Below are positions 46,012 to 54,858 of a stretch of 64,000 bases of DNA, one piece after another. The notes under the pieces are model-generated. The model was not told the origin of the DNA. It was given only the letters and a program-made list of their open reading frames with translations, and made no database searches. The translations under genes were made by a program, and so were the position numbers. Source of the stretch: Mycobacteriales bacterium (GTDB lineage Bacteria > Actinomycetota > Actinomycetes > Mycobacteriales > Mycobacteriaceae); contig JBBRTH010000018.1 in assembly GCA_038244615.1 (NCBI GenBank), forward strand, positions 10,461-74,460, written 5' to 3'. Each line of letters opens with the position of its first letter. The first letter of the stretch is position 1.

Positions 46012-47667
46012 TCAGCCGGTGATGGCGCCGATGCCGGAGCGAGCCGAGTCGACGACGGTGCCAAGGAAGTCTCGGCCGCCTGGATCGGTGACGCCGGCGG
46101 CGGGCAGCGCAACACCGCCGTCGATCAGGGCGGAACCGGCCTGCGGCGCGAAACCGGTGGCCTTGTCGAGCTGTGTGGCGCGCCCGATGGCCGTAGGCAG
46201 CGAGGGGGCCACAAGTTGCGGGCTGCCCTGAAGGCCGGTTGCTGTGCCGTTCAGCCGTTCGGACTCCGTGGCCGCACGGAACTGCTCGAGGGTGGCGAAA
46301 TCCGTGTCGCCCCACTGAACGAGTTTTGCACCCCAGGAGTAGTAGAAGTTGCCGGCGAGAGTGACGTCAGTGGCGGGTTGCCGGTTGACCAGGGCCACCG
46401 GCCCGGCGAGGATGTTGTTGGCCACCTTGGTCCGCTCCACTGCGCCGATCACCAGCAGCGCGGGTGTTGGCGGGGTTGGGTCGTTGATGACTACGGTGTT
46501 TTGGTAGATGACGGCGTCGGAGATTCGGCCGTCGTCATCGCCGATTCCGCTACCGCCCACCAGCGTTATCGCGCCCATGTACCCGTTTCGCGAGTCGTTG
46601 ACGGAAATGTTGTAACGCACTGCGTTTCGGGTGTTGGACCCGTTCGTGCGCTGGCCGAACAGGAGAAATCCCTCACCCGAGTTGTCGTAGGACAGGTTGT
46701 ACTGGATCATCGAGTCGGTTGTGCTCTGGTCGAGGCCGAACCCACCGCCGTCGGCCCCGAGTGTCCTGTTGCTGTACGACACGCTGTGCTCGATGATCAC
46801 CCGCGTGGAGTCGTAGGCCCAGATCCCCAAGGGTCCTTCACGCATGTTGCCCGCCTGCTTTCCATTCGAGTACGCGGTTGACAGGGCGATGCGGCCGGTG
46901 TCCACGCTACCGATGACGATGCCGCTGCCGGTGTTGTGGTCGGTGTTGTTTCGACTGCCGGTGTTGTCATAGGCCATCACCCCGGTGATCGTCACGCGGG
47001 TGTGCGCGTAGGACGGGTGCGCATAGTCAGGTGTGGCGCCGAACACAGCCACCCCGTTGTTGCGGTTGTTATGCGAGGCCAAGTTCGACATCACCACGTC
47101 GGCGAATCCGGCGGATCCGTCGGCACCTACCGCGATGCCGTTCTCGAACCCGCTGACATCGAGGTTCTCCAACGTGATTCCAGCGAGTCGGCTCTTGATT
47201 GCAGCGGAGGCGTTCAGCCGGACACCGGTGTCCTGGGCTCCGTTACTGGAGCCGAAGATTCCGAGATTCCGAATCGTAATTCCTGCGGTGTCGCGCACCT
47301 CGATACCGAGGTCGGAGACGATGGCTGCGCGAGCCTGGCCGTAAGAGTCGATGACCACCGGGTTGGCGGCATCACCGGCCTCGCCAAGACCGATTGACAG
47401 TGTGCCGGTCAGCCGGCCGCCCAAGAGCACCCGGTCGCCGGGCACAAGTCGTTGCTTCGACACCCGGTCCAGGGTCCGCCACGCCCGATCGGTGGATGTG
47501 CCGTCGGACGCATCGTTTCCGTCGGGATTCACGTAGAAGGTGTGGCCGCGCAGGTCGTCACTGCCCAGCCCGCCGACCCGGGCGATCGTGATGCCGAGAG
47601 CGAAAGCGGTGGCGATCCCGACAGCCGTCAGTAAACCGATGATCAGCGACCTGCGGCGACGCGGCAT
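46012..47667 (-). CDS. exported/anchored right-handed beta-helix (pectin-lyase fold) protein
   Basis: N-terminal RRRRS plus hydrophobic helix; FYVNPDGNDASDGTSTDRAWRTL; repeated IxNxxxxN / GGGFGLD / N.SYDN.G.G coils; alternative GTG start at 47745. Confidence 0.8.
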   Translation of the reverse strand: MPRRRRSLIIGLLTAVGIATAFALGITIARVGGLGSDDLRGHTFYVNPDGNDASDGTSTDRAWRTLDRVSKQRLVPGDRVLLGGRLTGTLSIGLGEAGDAANPVVIDSYGQARAAIVSDLGIEVRDTAGITIRNLGIFGSSNGAQDTGVRLNASAAIKSRLAGITLENLDVSGFENGIAVGADGSAGFADVVMSNLASHNNRNNGVAVFGATPDYAHPSYAHTRVTITGVMAYDNTGSRNNTDHNTGSGIVIGSVDTGRIALSTAYSNGKQAGNMREGPLGIWAYDSTRVIIEHSVSYSNRTLGADGGGFGLDQSTTDSMIQYNLSYDNSGEGFLLFGQRTNGSNTRNAVRYNISVNDSRNGYMGAITLVGGSGIGDDDGRISDAVIYQNTVVINDPTPPTPALLVIGAVERTKVANNILAGPVALVNRQPATDVTLAGNFYYSWGAKLVQWGDTDFATLEQFRAATESERLNGTATGLQGSPQLVAPSLPTAIGRATQLDKATGFAPQAGSALIDGGVALPAAGVTDPGGRDFLGTVVDSARSGIGAITG

Positions 47668-47745
47668 CGATGTGGCCCCCAATGTTCGTGTGCAGCTGCC
47701 CCGCACCCGGCGCCCGAATACTAGTCGGCGTCGGCGGTGATTCAC

Positions 47746-48330
47746 CTAGCGCCAGCTAGGCAGCCAGATCTCCATGGTCCACGTCGACGGGGAAACCGGA
47801 ATGCCGATGAGTATCGGGTGCAACCAGGCGAAGTTGGTGATCACCAGAGCGATGTAGCCGCACGCCACGAGAAGGCCCAGCGTTCGGCGTTCGGCGTTCG
47901 GCATCGCGCGTCGGGGCGTGCACGATGTCGCAGCGGATCAGCGCGATCGCAATGATCAGGAAAGGCGTCATCGGCACCGCATAGAAAGAGTACATCTGCC
48001 GGTTGATGTCGGCGAACCACGGCAGGAACCCTGCGCGATATCCAACCACCGACGGATCCAACCACCGTCGGCAGACCGCAAGTCGCGCCAAACGAACGCC
48101 CGCCATGCCGCTTAGAACAGGACGGGCACTGCCAACCACCACAGCACCGGCCGCAGCGACATCGGCCAGTCCACGGTTTGGATTCCCAGGGGTGGTGGTT
48201 GCTCGGGGATTTCGTCAGCGTGGAATGGAAGTGATAGGCCTTGTAGGTGTATTGCCATAGTGAACGGATCGCGTCCGGCGGCTGGAAACCACTGCCGTTC
48301 GGCGATCGACTGGTCGGCTGTGGCGGTGTC
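47746..48330 (-). pseudogene. 3' fragment of a protein O-mannosyltransferase (PMT/GT39, Rv1002c-like)
   Basis: RSLWQYTYKAYHFH, NHHPWESKPW, WPMSLRPVL, WWLAVPVL, GFLPWFADINRQMYSFYA, ITNFAWLHP, EIWLPSWR*; frameshifts, in-frame stop, deletion, 5' part missing. Confidence 0.85.
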
Positions 48331-48332
48331 GA

Positions 48333-50333
48333 TCAGTCCAGCTCGGCGGATTCTCGATGCGCCGCGGCGGAGGATCGCCGAGAAACCACGAGACTGATCA
48401 CGGCGCTCAGGGCCGCGAGGGCGACTACACCGCCGGCCACCCACCACTGCCACGAGAACCCGCGTTGAGGGCTCTTCATCTCCGCCTGCCCAGCGGGGTT
48501 CGGAACAACGACCGGCTCGCGACCCGGCACCGAGATCACCGCACCACCCTCGAGGTCCGCCCAGCCGCCCGGGTCGGCGGCCAGTGTGCCCAGCAAGTCA
48601 TCGAGTTGCTGGGGCTGGCCATTGGAGGTGGCAATCAGCACAGAGCGTTGCTTGTCGAACACGGTCTGCAATGACGCGAAGGTTATCGGCGCCCCCAGCG
48701 CCAGGGTGGTCGGCTTTCCATCGGCGTCCACGCCCTTCACTTTGACGTTGTTTCCGGAACCTTCGATCGGAAGCGTGATCTCTTTGTCGGACCATCCGTC
48801 GGCCGCAATGAGAATCGCCGGGTCGGCGCTTTTCGCCGCCTGCGCCAAGCTCGTCACAGTGGCATCGACCGGGACCGAACTAAGACGCTGTAGCCCCACC
48901 AGAATCGAGACAGCACGCACCGTGTCAAGAAATGCATCGGTACCGATTCCCACCTGTACCCGGGGCATCAGGGTCTGCGGCAGCGACTGAAACCCCAGCG
49001 GAACGGGTGGTGTGGCCGGAGTGGTTGCCACCTGGCTTCGGCTGTCGATGATCAGCGTGATCGGTTGGAAGTCCCCGCAATTGCCGGCATTGCCCGTGAC
49101 ATTCAGCTTCACCGCCAAGTTGGTGTTGCGCTCGAGCAGTTGATCGGGGATGTTCACCCATCGGTCGATTACGCCGGTGTCGTCAGTCGTCCACTGGTCG
49201 AGGGTGTCTTTGCCGATCATCACAACGATCTGGCCACCGAAGTCGCGCGGCACCACAGAGTACGAGCCCATCAGGTGGACGCGGACGTTCCGAATCGAGT
49301 GGCCGAAACGGGTCTGGTCGATCCCCACCGTCACCTGAGGCGATAACCAGGCCGCACTGAGATCGGACTGACCCAGGCCCCCCAGCGTCGCGGTATCGCC
49401 GGGCAGCTTGGTCGCGCTGGCCAGCGCCGGCGCAACCGCCGCCCTGCTCACGGCCAGCGGAAGCAGCAGGTCATTCGTGAGGAGCCGGATCTGGTTCGTG
49501 AGGGCGTCACCCGATCCCGTGATGGACAGTGCCGGAATGCCGGCCCCACCCTGGAGCGCCAGCCCGGCGGTGGGGCCCTCAGTGATGACGATTTGCCGTT
49601 CCAGCGCGGCCGACGGTATAGCCGGGGCGGTTGTTCCCTCCTCGAGTGGAACGACGGCCACCTGCGGATTCTGAACGCCGTAGTGGGAGACCACGGCCGT
49701 GGCAAGGCGCACCGCCGCGTTCGACTCGGCCCGTGTCGGTGTGGCCGGCACCCCGATTGTCAGTTTGCGCAGCACCGGCGGGAGGAAGTCGGCAACAGTC
49801 GTTGGCGGTACCTCGACGCCCGCATAGGAAATCGATCCATCGACGAAACGCACGGGATCCAACGAGTCGACGCAATAGCCCTCGAGCGGCGCAAATGTCA
49901 TGGTCAGAGTGACGGTTGCGTAGTGGTCGACGACCTTGACACCCGGAAGCGGAATGACCACCGGAGCCATGTCGGCCGGCGGCAACTCCACTCTGGATAT
50001 CGTCCGACTGTCTTGGGTGACGGTCACCAGCACAGTGCGCACATTGAGCGGAACTTGGAGCACCGCGTTCAGCGCTACCGGCGCGAGACCGGCCGGCACG
50101 GGAATGCCCACCGAGGTGGTGCCCCGTGGTCCGTAGAACGTTGGCGGTGAGCCGACGCCCAAGTCGGTCAGCGACAGCGTCGGCGAGTCGACAACGGAGG
50201 ACGCCGGGGGGGCTGGTGCCGCCGTTTCGTTGCCGATGTCATCCGGTTCGGCGTGTGCGAACGGTGCGATCCAGTAAAGCACTGAGGCGACGACGGCAAC
50301 GGTAACGATGCGTCGTGACAAGGTTGAGTTCAT
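48333..50333 (-). CDS. BcsB-like secreted protein with C-terminal membrane anchor
   Basis: Signal peptide ending AHA; two-fold beta-sandwich plus alpha/beta repeat (TLSLTDLG / TATLGGLG); C-terminal TM WWVAGGVVALAALSAVISLVV. Confidence 0.65.
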   Translation of the reverse strand: MNSTLSRRIVTVAVVASVLYWIAPFAHAEPDDIGNETAAPAPPASSVVDSPTLSLTDLGVGSPPTFYGPRGTTSVGIPVPAGLAPVALNAVLQVPLNVRTVLVTVTQDSRTISRVELPPADMAPVVIPLPGVKVVDHYATVTLTMTFAPLEGYCVDSLDPVRFVDGSISYAGVEVPPTTVADFLPPVLRKLTIGVPATPTRAESNAAVRLATAVVSHYGVQNPQVAVVPLEEGTTAPAIPSAALERQIVITEGPTAGLALQGGAGIPALSITGSGDALTNQIRLLTNDLLLPLAVSRAAVAPALASATKLPGDTATLGGLGQSDLSAAWLSPQVTVGIDQTRFGHSIRNVRVHLMGSYSVVPRDFGGQIVVMIGKDTLDQWTTDDTGVIDRWVNIPDQLLERNTNLAVKLNVTGNAGNCGDFQPITLIIDSRSQVATTPATPPVPLGFQSLPQTLMPRVQVGIGTDAFLDTVRAVSILVGLQRLSSVPVDATVTSLAQAAKSADPAILIAADGWSDKEITLPIEGSGNNVKVKGVDADGKPTTLALGAPITFASLQTVFDKQRSVLIATSNGQPQQLDDLLGTLAADPGGWADLEGGAVISVPGREPVVVPNPAGQAEMKSPQRGFSWQWWVAGGVVALAALSAVISLVVSRRSSAAAHRESAELD

Positions 50334-50399
50334 CGACGCATATCGTAACCAGCTACCGTCGCTACGTGGGCCACTTTGTGCACCCGCTCCGGCTCCTGA

Positions 50400-50560
50400 T
50401 CACCCTGGGCCGCGACTGTCGATGGCCTGCTGGACCTCGGTGACCGCGATGTCGATCGGCATCGCGCTGAGGCGCTGCAAGCCCACGATGATCTGCGTTG
50501 CACCCACCGAGTCGACGAACGCCCCGACTCCCACATCGATCTGGGCCGGGGGTCGGCGGG
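50400..50560 (-). pseudogene. remnant of a paralog of the BcsB-like gene
   Basis: IDVGVGAFVDSVGATQIIVGLQRLSAMPIDIAVTEVQQA aligns by eye with VQVGIGTDAFLDTVRAVSILVGLQRLSSVPVDATVTSLAQA of 48333-50333. Confidence 0.75.
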
Positions 50561-50614
50561 AGGGCACCCGCGACGGGAGCGGCGCGGCCGGTGGGAGCGA
50601 CCCCCAGGCGTCGC

Positions 50615-50885
50615 CGGTCGGTAGCTGACGGACGGGTGGACGTGTTGGTGGAGCATCCGGGCCGGACCCGGTTCGCCTGCCCGGACTGGGATGCGTCGCT
50701 GTCGGTCGATGACCACTCGGCCGAGCGGGTGTGGCGGCATCTGGACTCGCGGGCGTACTTGACCTTGCTGCACGCGAGTCCGCCGCGGGTGGCTTGCCTC
50801 GAGAACGAGTTGCGTCAGGTCCAGCTGCCGCGGGCCGAGCCACCCTCTCGCGCTTCACGCCCTTGTTCGAGCGGCTTGTGCCGGT
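50615..50885 (+). mobile_element. degraded ISL3-family transposase fragment (zinc-finger/HTH N-terminus)
   Basis: VEHPGRTRFACPDW..DDHSAERVWRHLD..LHASPPRVACLENELRQVQLPRAEP, then RFTPLFERL in another frame. Confidence 0.75.
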
Positions 50886-51329
50886 CTAGCTCGTGTGAAC
50901 GATCAGGACGTCGGACTTGGACCGACGCGCGACGTTGGCCGGCACCGATCCGAGCAGCCGACCGGCGATCGTGCTCAGCCCGACGTTGCCCACGACGAGA
51001 AGGTCGGCCTTGATCTCTTCCACCAGATCGACCAGGGCGTCGACCGGGGCGCCGACGACGGCCTTCTCCTCGACGTCCTTGGCTCCCGCCGTGTGGGCCC
51101 GCTCCTTGGCCTCGCGAAGGATCGCGTAGATGGGAGCGTTGCCCGCCATCTTGTAACCCTCGTCCTTGAGGACGTCGGCAGCCCGAGCATCCTCACTCTG
51201 GGGGAAGTACGCGGTCGCCACGATCAGCTTTGCGCCCGCTCCCCCGGCGATCTGGGCGGCCCGGTCTACCGCACGCAGCGATGAATCCGAACCGTCAGTG
51301 CCGACCAAAACGGTCTGATAGGCGCCCAT
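50886..51329 (-). CDS. universal stress protein (Rv1636-like)
   Basis: VGTDGS.SS.RAVDRAA, DLLVVGNVGL, LLGSVPANVARRSK.DVLIVHT. Confidence 0.95.
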   Translation of the reverse strand: MGAYQTVLVGTDGSDSSLRAVDRAAQIAGGAGAKLIVATAYFPQSEDARAADVLKDEGYKMAGNAPIYAILREAKERAHTAGAKDVEEKAVVGAPVDALVDLVEEIKADLLVVGNVGLSTIAGRLLGSVPANVARRSKSDVLIVHTS

Positions 51330-51810
51330 TCATGCCCTCCAGTTTCGATTGCCAAGCCACCCCAGACAGTAACCCGTCGTTCAACGCACAGGGGCCAATT
51401 CGCTCGGATGACATGCGTATTGCCGGGACTGATCGTAACCGCAGGCCAGTCCGTGAACGCGACCTTGGTGAGCAACGGTACGCGCGTCGCCCCGACGCGT
51501 GACGGCTCGCTTCGACGGGCCCAATGTGACCTGCGTCATTGACAGCGCCATCCAAGGTATTGAAGGTGTTCTCCCACAAAGGCTTTTATCGTGCTGCTGA
51601 GTTGATCCCGATGCCTCGGATCGAAGTTGGACGGCTGGGATTCCTTGACGCCCAGCGCAAATAGTTACACCCGAGGTAGCTGGCACGGAGTCGGTGCGAG
51701 GAAGGCCTGCCCGTCGAAGTCGTGGGAGAACCGGACAATCTTCGTGCCGGCTTGTTCCGGCGTCCAGGCATGCAACGGTGGGTCGGCAGGTCGGTAAGGA
51801 TCGACCTGGC

Positions 51811-52671
51811 TTAGCTGCTGCGTGAGCGGCCGAAGTACAACTCCTGGGTGGCGATGCACACCACCTGGCCCGTGCAGTTGTACATCGTGGCCGTCGCCAG
51901 TCCGCGTCCACCGATTCCACTGGGCGAGAACTGATCCGACAGCACCCAGTCGGACAGGTCGACCGGTCGATGGAACCAAAGGGCATGGTCGATTAAAGCG
52001 TTGTAGGTCGTGAGCGGCGTGGCGCGCCGCATGGTGATGGCGGCCTCCAGCATCGTAGTGCCCGACAGATACGTCAGCAGGCAGCTGTGCAGGACCTCGT
52101 CATCGGGCACGGATTCGGTTGGCCGCCACCACATCCGGATGCGCGGTGAGGGCTCGGATAGCTCCAGAGCGAGCCGGGGCGGCGGGTCGACGTAACGCAA
52201 CTCGAAGGGCTGCGGACGGATCCAGTAACCGCCGAGTTCGTCGGCGTAGTCCGCCAACTGCTCCACGACGGGTGGCACCGACTCCGGGTCGGGTACGTCC
52301 GGCATCGGGGCGTGGTAGTCGAGACTGTCCACCGGGGTGCTGAACGACGCGAGTGCCTCCAACAGCACCTCGCCGTCCTGCCGTGCGGTGACCTGCCTGG
52401 TGGACAGCGTCCCTCCGTCGCGGAGCCGGACGACCTGGAAGTCGACTGGCCGCTTTGCGTCACCGGCGCGTAGGTAATACACGTGCACGCTGTGCGGTGC
52501 GCGTCCGGGCGCTGTGCGACTCGCGGCCATGAGCGCCTGTCCGGCGATGTGCCCACCGACGATGTGGTGCGCCGGGTTGTCGAGCTGGGTGGCCACGAAG
52601 GTGTCGTCGTCGATCTGGTCGACCTGCAAGGTGGCGACGATGTCGGCCAGCGACGGCGAGTGGAAGGTCAC
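51811..52671 (-). CDS. tesB: acyl-CoA thioesterase II (TesB family)
   Basis: GGHIAGQAL, HSVHVYYLRAGD, DGGTLSTRQV, LLTYLSG, DHALWFHRP. Confidence 0.88.
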   Translation of the reverse strand: MTFHSPSLADIVATLQVDQIDDDTFVATQLDNPAHHIVGGHIAGQALMAASRTAPGRAPHSVHVYYLRAGDAKRPVDFQVVRLRDGGTLSTRQVTARQDGEVLLEALASFSTPVDSLDYHAPMPDVPDPESVPPVVEQLADYADELGGYWIRPQPFELRYVDPPPRLALELSEPSPRIRMWWRPTESVPDDEVLHSCLLTYLSGTTMLEAAITMRRATPLTTYNALIDHALWFHRPVDLSDWVLSDQFSPSGIGGRGLATATMYNCTGQVVCIATQELYFGRSRSS

Positions 52672-52918
52672 CCCGGCATCATGCCGCAGCGCACGCAGTC
52701 ACCACTGATTGCGTCGGCCGGCACGGGTTGACGAAAAAACCTCCATGTCCAACGGCCGTCTCCTCGGCTGCCAGCCGGCCGAAGGGAGGACCTCAACCGC
52801 TTCAGGAAGAAACTCTTGCAAAAAACCCTTGAAAAAAAGTGTGCGAATCCCGGTGGCTCGCGCCCCCTAGCTGTTGAACGCGGCCCAGCCGGGCGGCGAC
52901 ACCTCGAAGGAGTACGAC

Positions 52919-53302
52919 ATGACCACCACTCTCAGGACCCGCCGCGGCCGGACGCTCGCCGCGACGATGCTCGCTGCGGCGGCCGTCACGGGCGCCATCG
53001 GCACGGCGGTGCCTGCCAATGCCGCCCCCGCCAAGTACATCGCCATCGCGTACTCGACGGCGAGCGGGCATATCGGCACTGGTCAACACACCAACCTCGA
53101 CACCGCCCTCGCTAGCGCGCTCAGCCAGTGCGGCGGCCACTGTGCGGTCGAGACCTGGTCCAAGAACGGATGCGTCGCAATTGCCGTCAGCGGTCAGTAC
53201 CACTTCGGCTGGTATGGCTCGAACCTGCGGGATGCGCAGATTGGCGCGATGCAACGAACCGGGCCCGGCTCTTACGTCGCGTGGTCGGGCTGCGCGAAGT
53301 GA
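52919..53302 (+). CDS. secreted DUF4189-like protein
   Basis: AAGGAG SD; signal peptide ending ANA; YIAIAYS, ALSQCGGHCAVETWSKNGCVAIA, C-terminal Cys. Confidence 0.8.
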   Translation: MTTTLRTRRGRTLAATMLAAAAVTGAIGTAVPANAAPAKYIAIAYSTASGHIGTGQHTNLDTALASALSQCGGHCAVETWSKNGCVAIAVSGQYHFGWYGSNLRDAQIGAMQRTGPGSYVAWSGCAK

Positions 53303-53423
53303 TCAGCTGGTCGGCCCGTCATCGTTCTGATGGCGGGCCGATCAGTTCGGGTGAACGACTCACCCTGTGATTACGTGATGTAGCGAAGAAGTATTCTCAC
53401 AGCAGTTCAACAGGAAGAGTCGT

Positions 53424-54788
53424 ATGACAATCGCTCCGCCCGAGTTTGGTGGCGCGCTCGACGATGCTGAACTCGCGACGGCTGCCGCAGACGGAGACCG
53501 TGCGGCCTTCGCGGCGATCTATGACAGGTATGCCAACCGGCTGTACGACTTCTGCGCGGGCATGTTGCGCGATACCGACGCGGCGGCCGATTGCGTGCAG
53601 GACGTGTTCGTCGACGCCGTGACCCAACTCGGTGCGCTGCGTGACCCGAGCAGACTGCGGCCTTGGCTGTATGCGATCGCGCGCAATCAGGCGTTGGCAC
53701 GCATTCGGGCTCGTCGTCGCGAAATGCCGACGGACGAACTGCCCGAGTTCGACAGTGGAGAGCCGGATTTGGCGACGTTGGCGGCCCGCAGCGAACTCGC
53801 CGACCTCATCGCCGATGCCTGCGGCGGACTATCGGAGCGGGACCGTACCGTCTTCGAACTCACGTACCGGCACGGTCTCGACGGTACCGAACTGGCCACT
53901 GCGCTCGGGGTCAGCCATACAAATGCCAACACTCTGGCCGTGCGGTTGCGCGACGGCGTCGAGCGCTCTCTAGGGGCTCTGTTGGTGTGTCGCGGGGTGA
54001 AGGCCGACCCCGCATGCTGCCCCGAACTGGCTGCGCTCGTTGATGACTGGGATGGCACGTTCACCGTGCTGATGCGCAAGCGCGCCGCTCGCCACATCGA
54101 CGGCTGCTCGGTTTGCGAAGAGGAGCGGCGTCGCAGGGTCAACCCCGTCGCGCTGCTCGGCGGTGTTCCGGTGTTCCTACCCGCGCCCGCGTCCTTGCGC
54201 GAACGGACACTGACCGCGGCCTCCCGGAGCCTGCCCGCGGCCTCTCGGGGCCTGCTCGCGGCTTCTCGACCGCCGCAAGCACTCCCCACGCCGCACCTTT
54301 CGACGACGCAGGGGCACCATGCGCGGGCGGCGCTGATCGCGGTGTTCGTCATCCTCGGCATTGCAGGAGTGGCACAGCTGTCGACGCCGTTGCTCTTCCA
54401 AGAACAACGCGTCGATCCGGTCAGTGAGGTCGTTGAGCCGACCACGGAGGCGCCGGGCAGCATGACGGCTTTTACCGGGCCTGCGTCCCTTGCCCCCAAC
54501 ATGCCGTCGACCACGGCCGCGCCAAGTGAACCCGTCCGGGGTCCGACCACGGCCGTGATCACCACCGCGTCCACCACCATCGCTCCGACGCGCACGACCA
54601 CGCAAACCCCGACGATGTCCACGAAGCCCAGCAACTCGTTCAGCCCGAGCCGCGCCGCGTCCTCGACGGAGCGGACCACCCAAACCCAAACGCGCACCTC
54701 GACGCCCACGACGTCGCCCTCGACCAGCTCTAGTTCAAGCCCGCCACCGCCAACCACCACCACCACGACCAGCGACCCGATCGAATGA
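53424..54788 (+). CDS. ECF sigma factor fused to a ZAS motif, TM helix and Thr/Ser/Pro-rich tail
   Basis: Region 2 AADCVQDVF..LRPWLYAIARNQAL, region 4 LSERDRTVFELTYRHGL, HIDGCSVC (HxxxCxxC), TM AALIAVFVILGIAGV. Confidence 0.9.
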   Translation: MTIAPPEFGGALDDAELATAAADGDRAAFAAIYDRYANRLYDFCAGMLRDTDAAADCVQDVFVDAVTQLGALRDPSRLRPWLYAIARNQALARIRARRREMPTDELPEFDSGEPDLATLAARSELADLIADACGGLSERDRTVFELTYRHGLDGTELATALGVSHTNANTLAVRLRDGVERSLGALLVCRGVKADPACCPELAALVDDWDGTFTVLMRKRAARHIDGCSVCEEERRRRVNPVALLGGVPVFLPAPASLRERTLTAASRSLPAASRGLLAASRPPQALPTPHLSTTQGHHARAALIAVFVILGIAGVAQLSTPLLFQEQRVDPVSEVVEPTTEAPGSMTAFTGPASLAPNMPSTTAAPSEPVRGPTTAVITTASTTIAPTRTTTQTPTMSTKPSNSFSPSRAASSTERTTQTQTRTSTPTTSPSTSSSSSPPPPTTTTTTSDPIE

Positions 54789-54858
54789 GCTGAGTAGCGT
54801 CCCCACCAGTCCGATTGCGAGCCGGTGACGGGATTCACTCTTTCGATCGGCGTGATCG

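Noticed and set aside
51545-51810. Possible remnant of an Rv1635c-type mannosyltransferase between tesB and usp
   Set aside because: Position would fit, but I could not recognise any supporting motif
54480-54785. Thr/Ser-rich low-complexity DNA as a tandem repeat or mobile element
   Set aside because: Explained by the coding stalk of the ECF fusion; no fixed repeat unit
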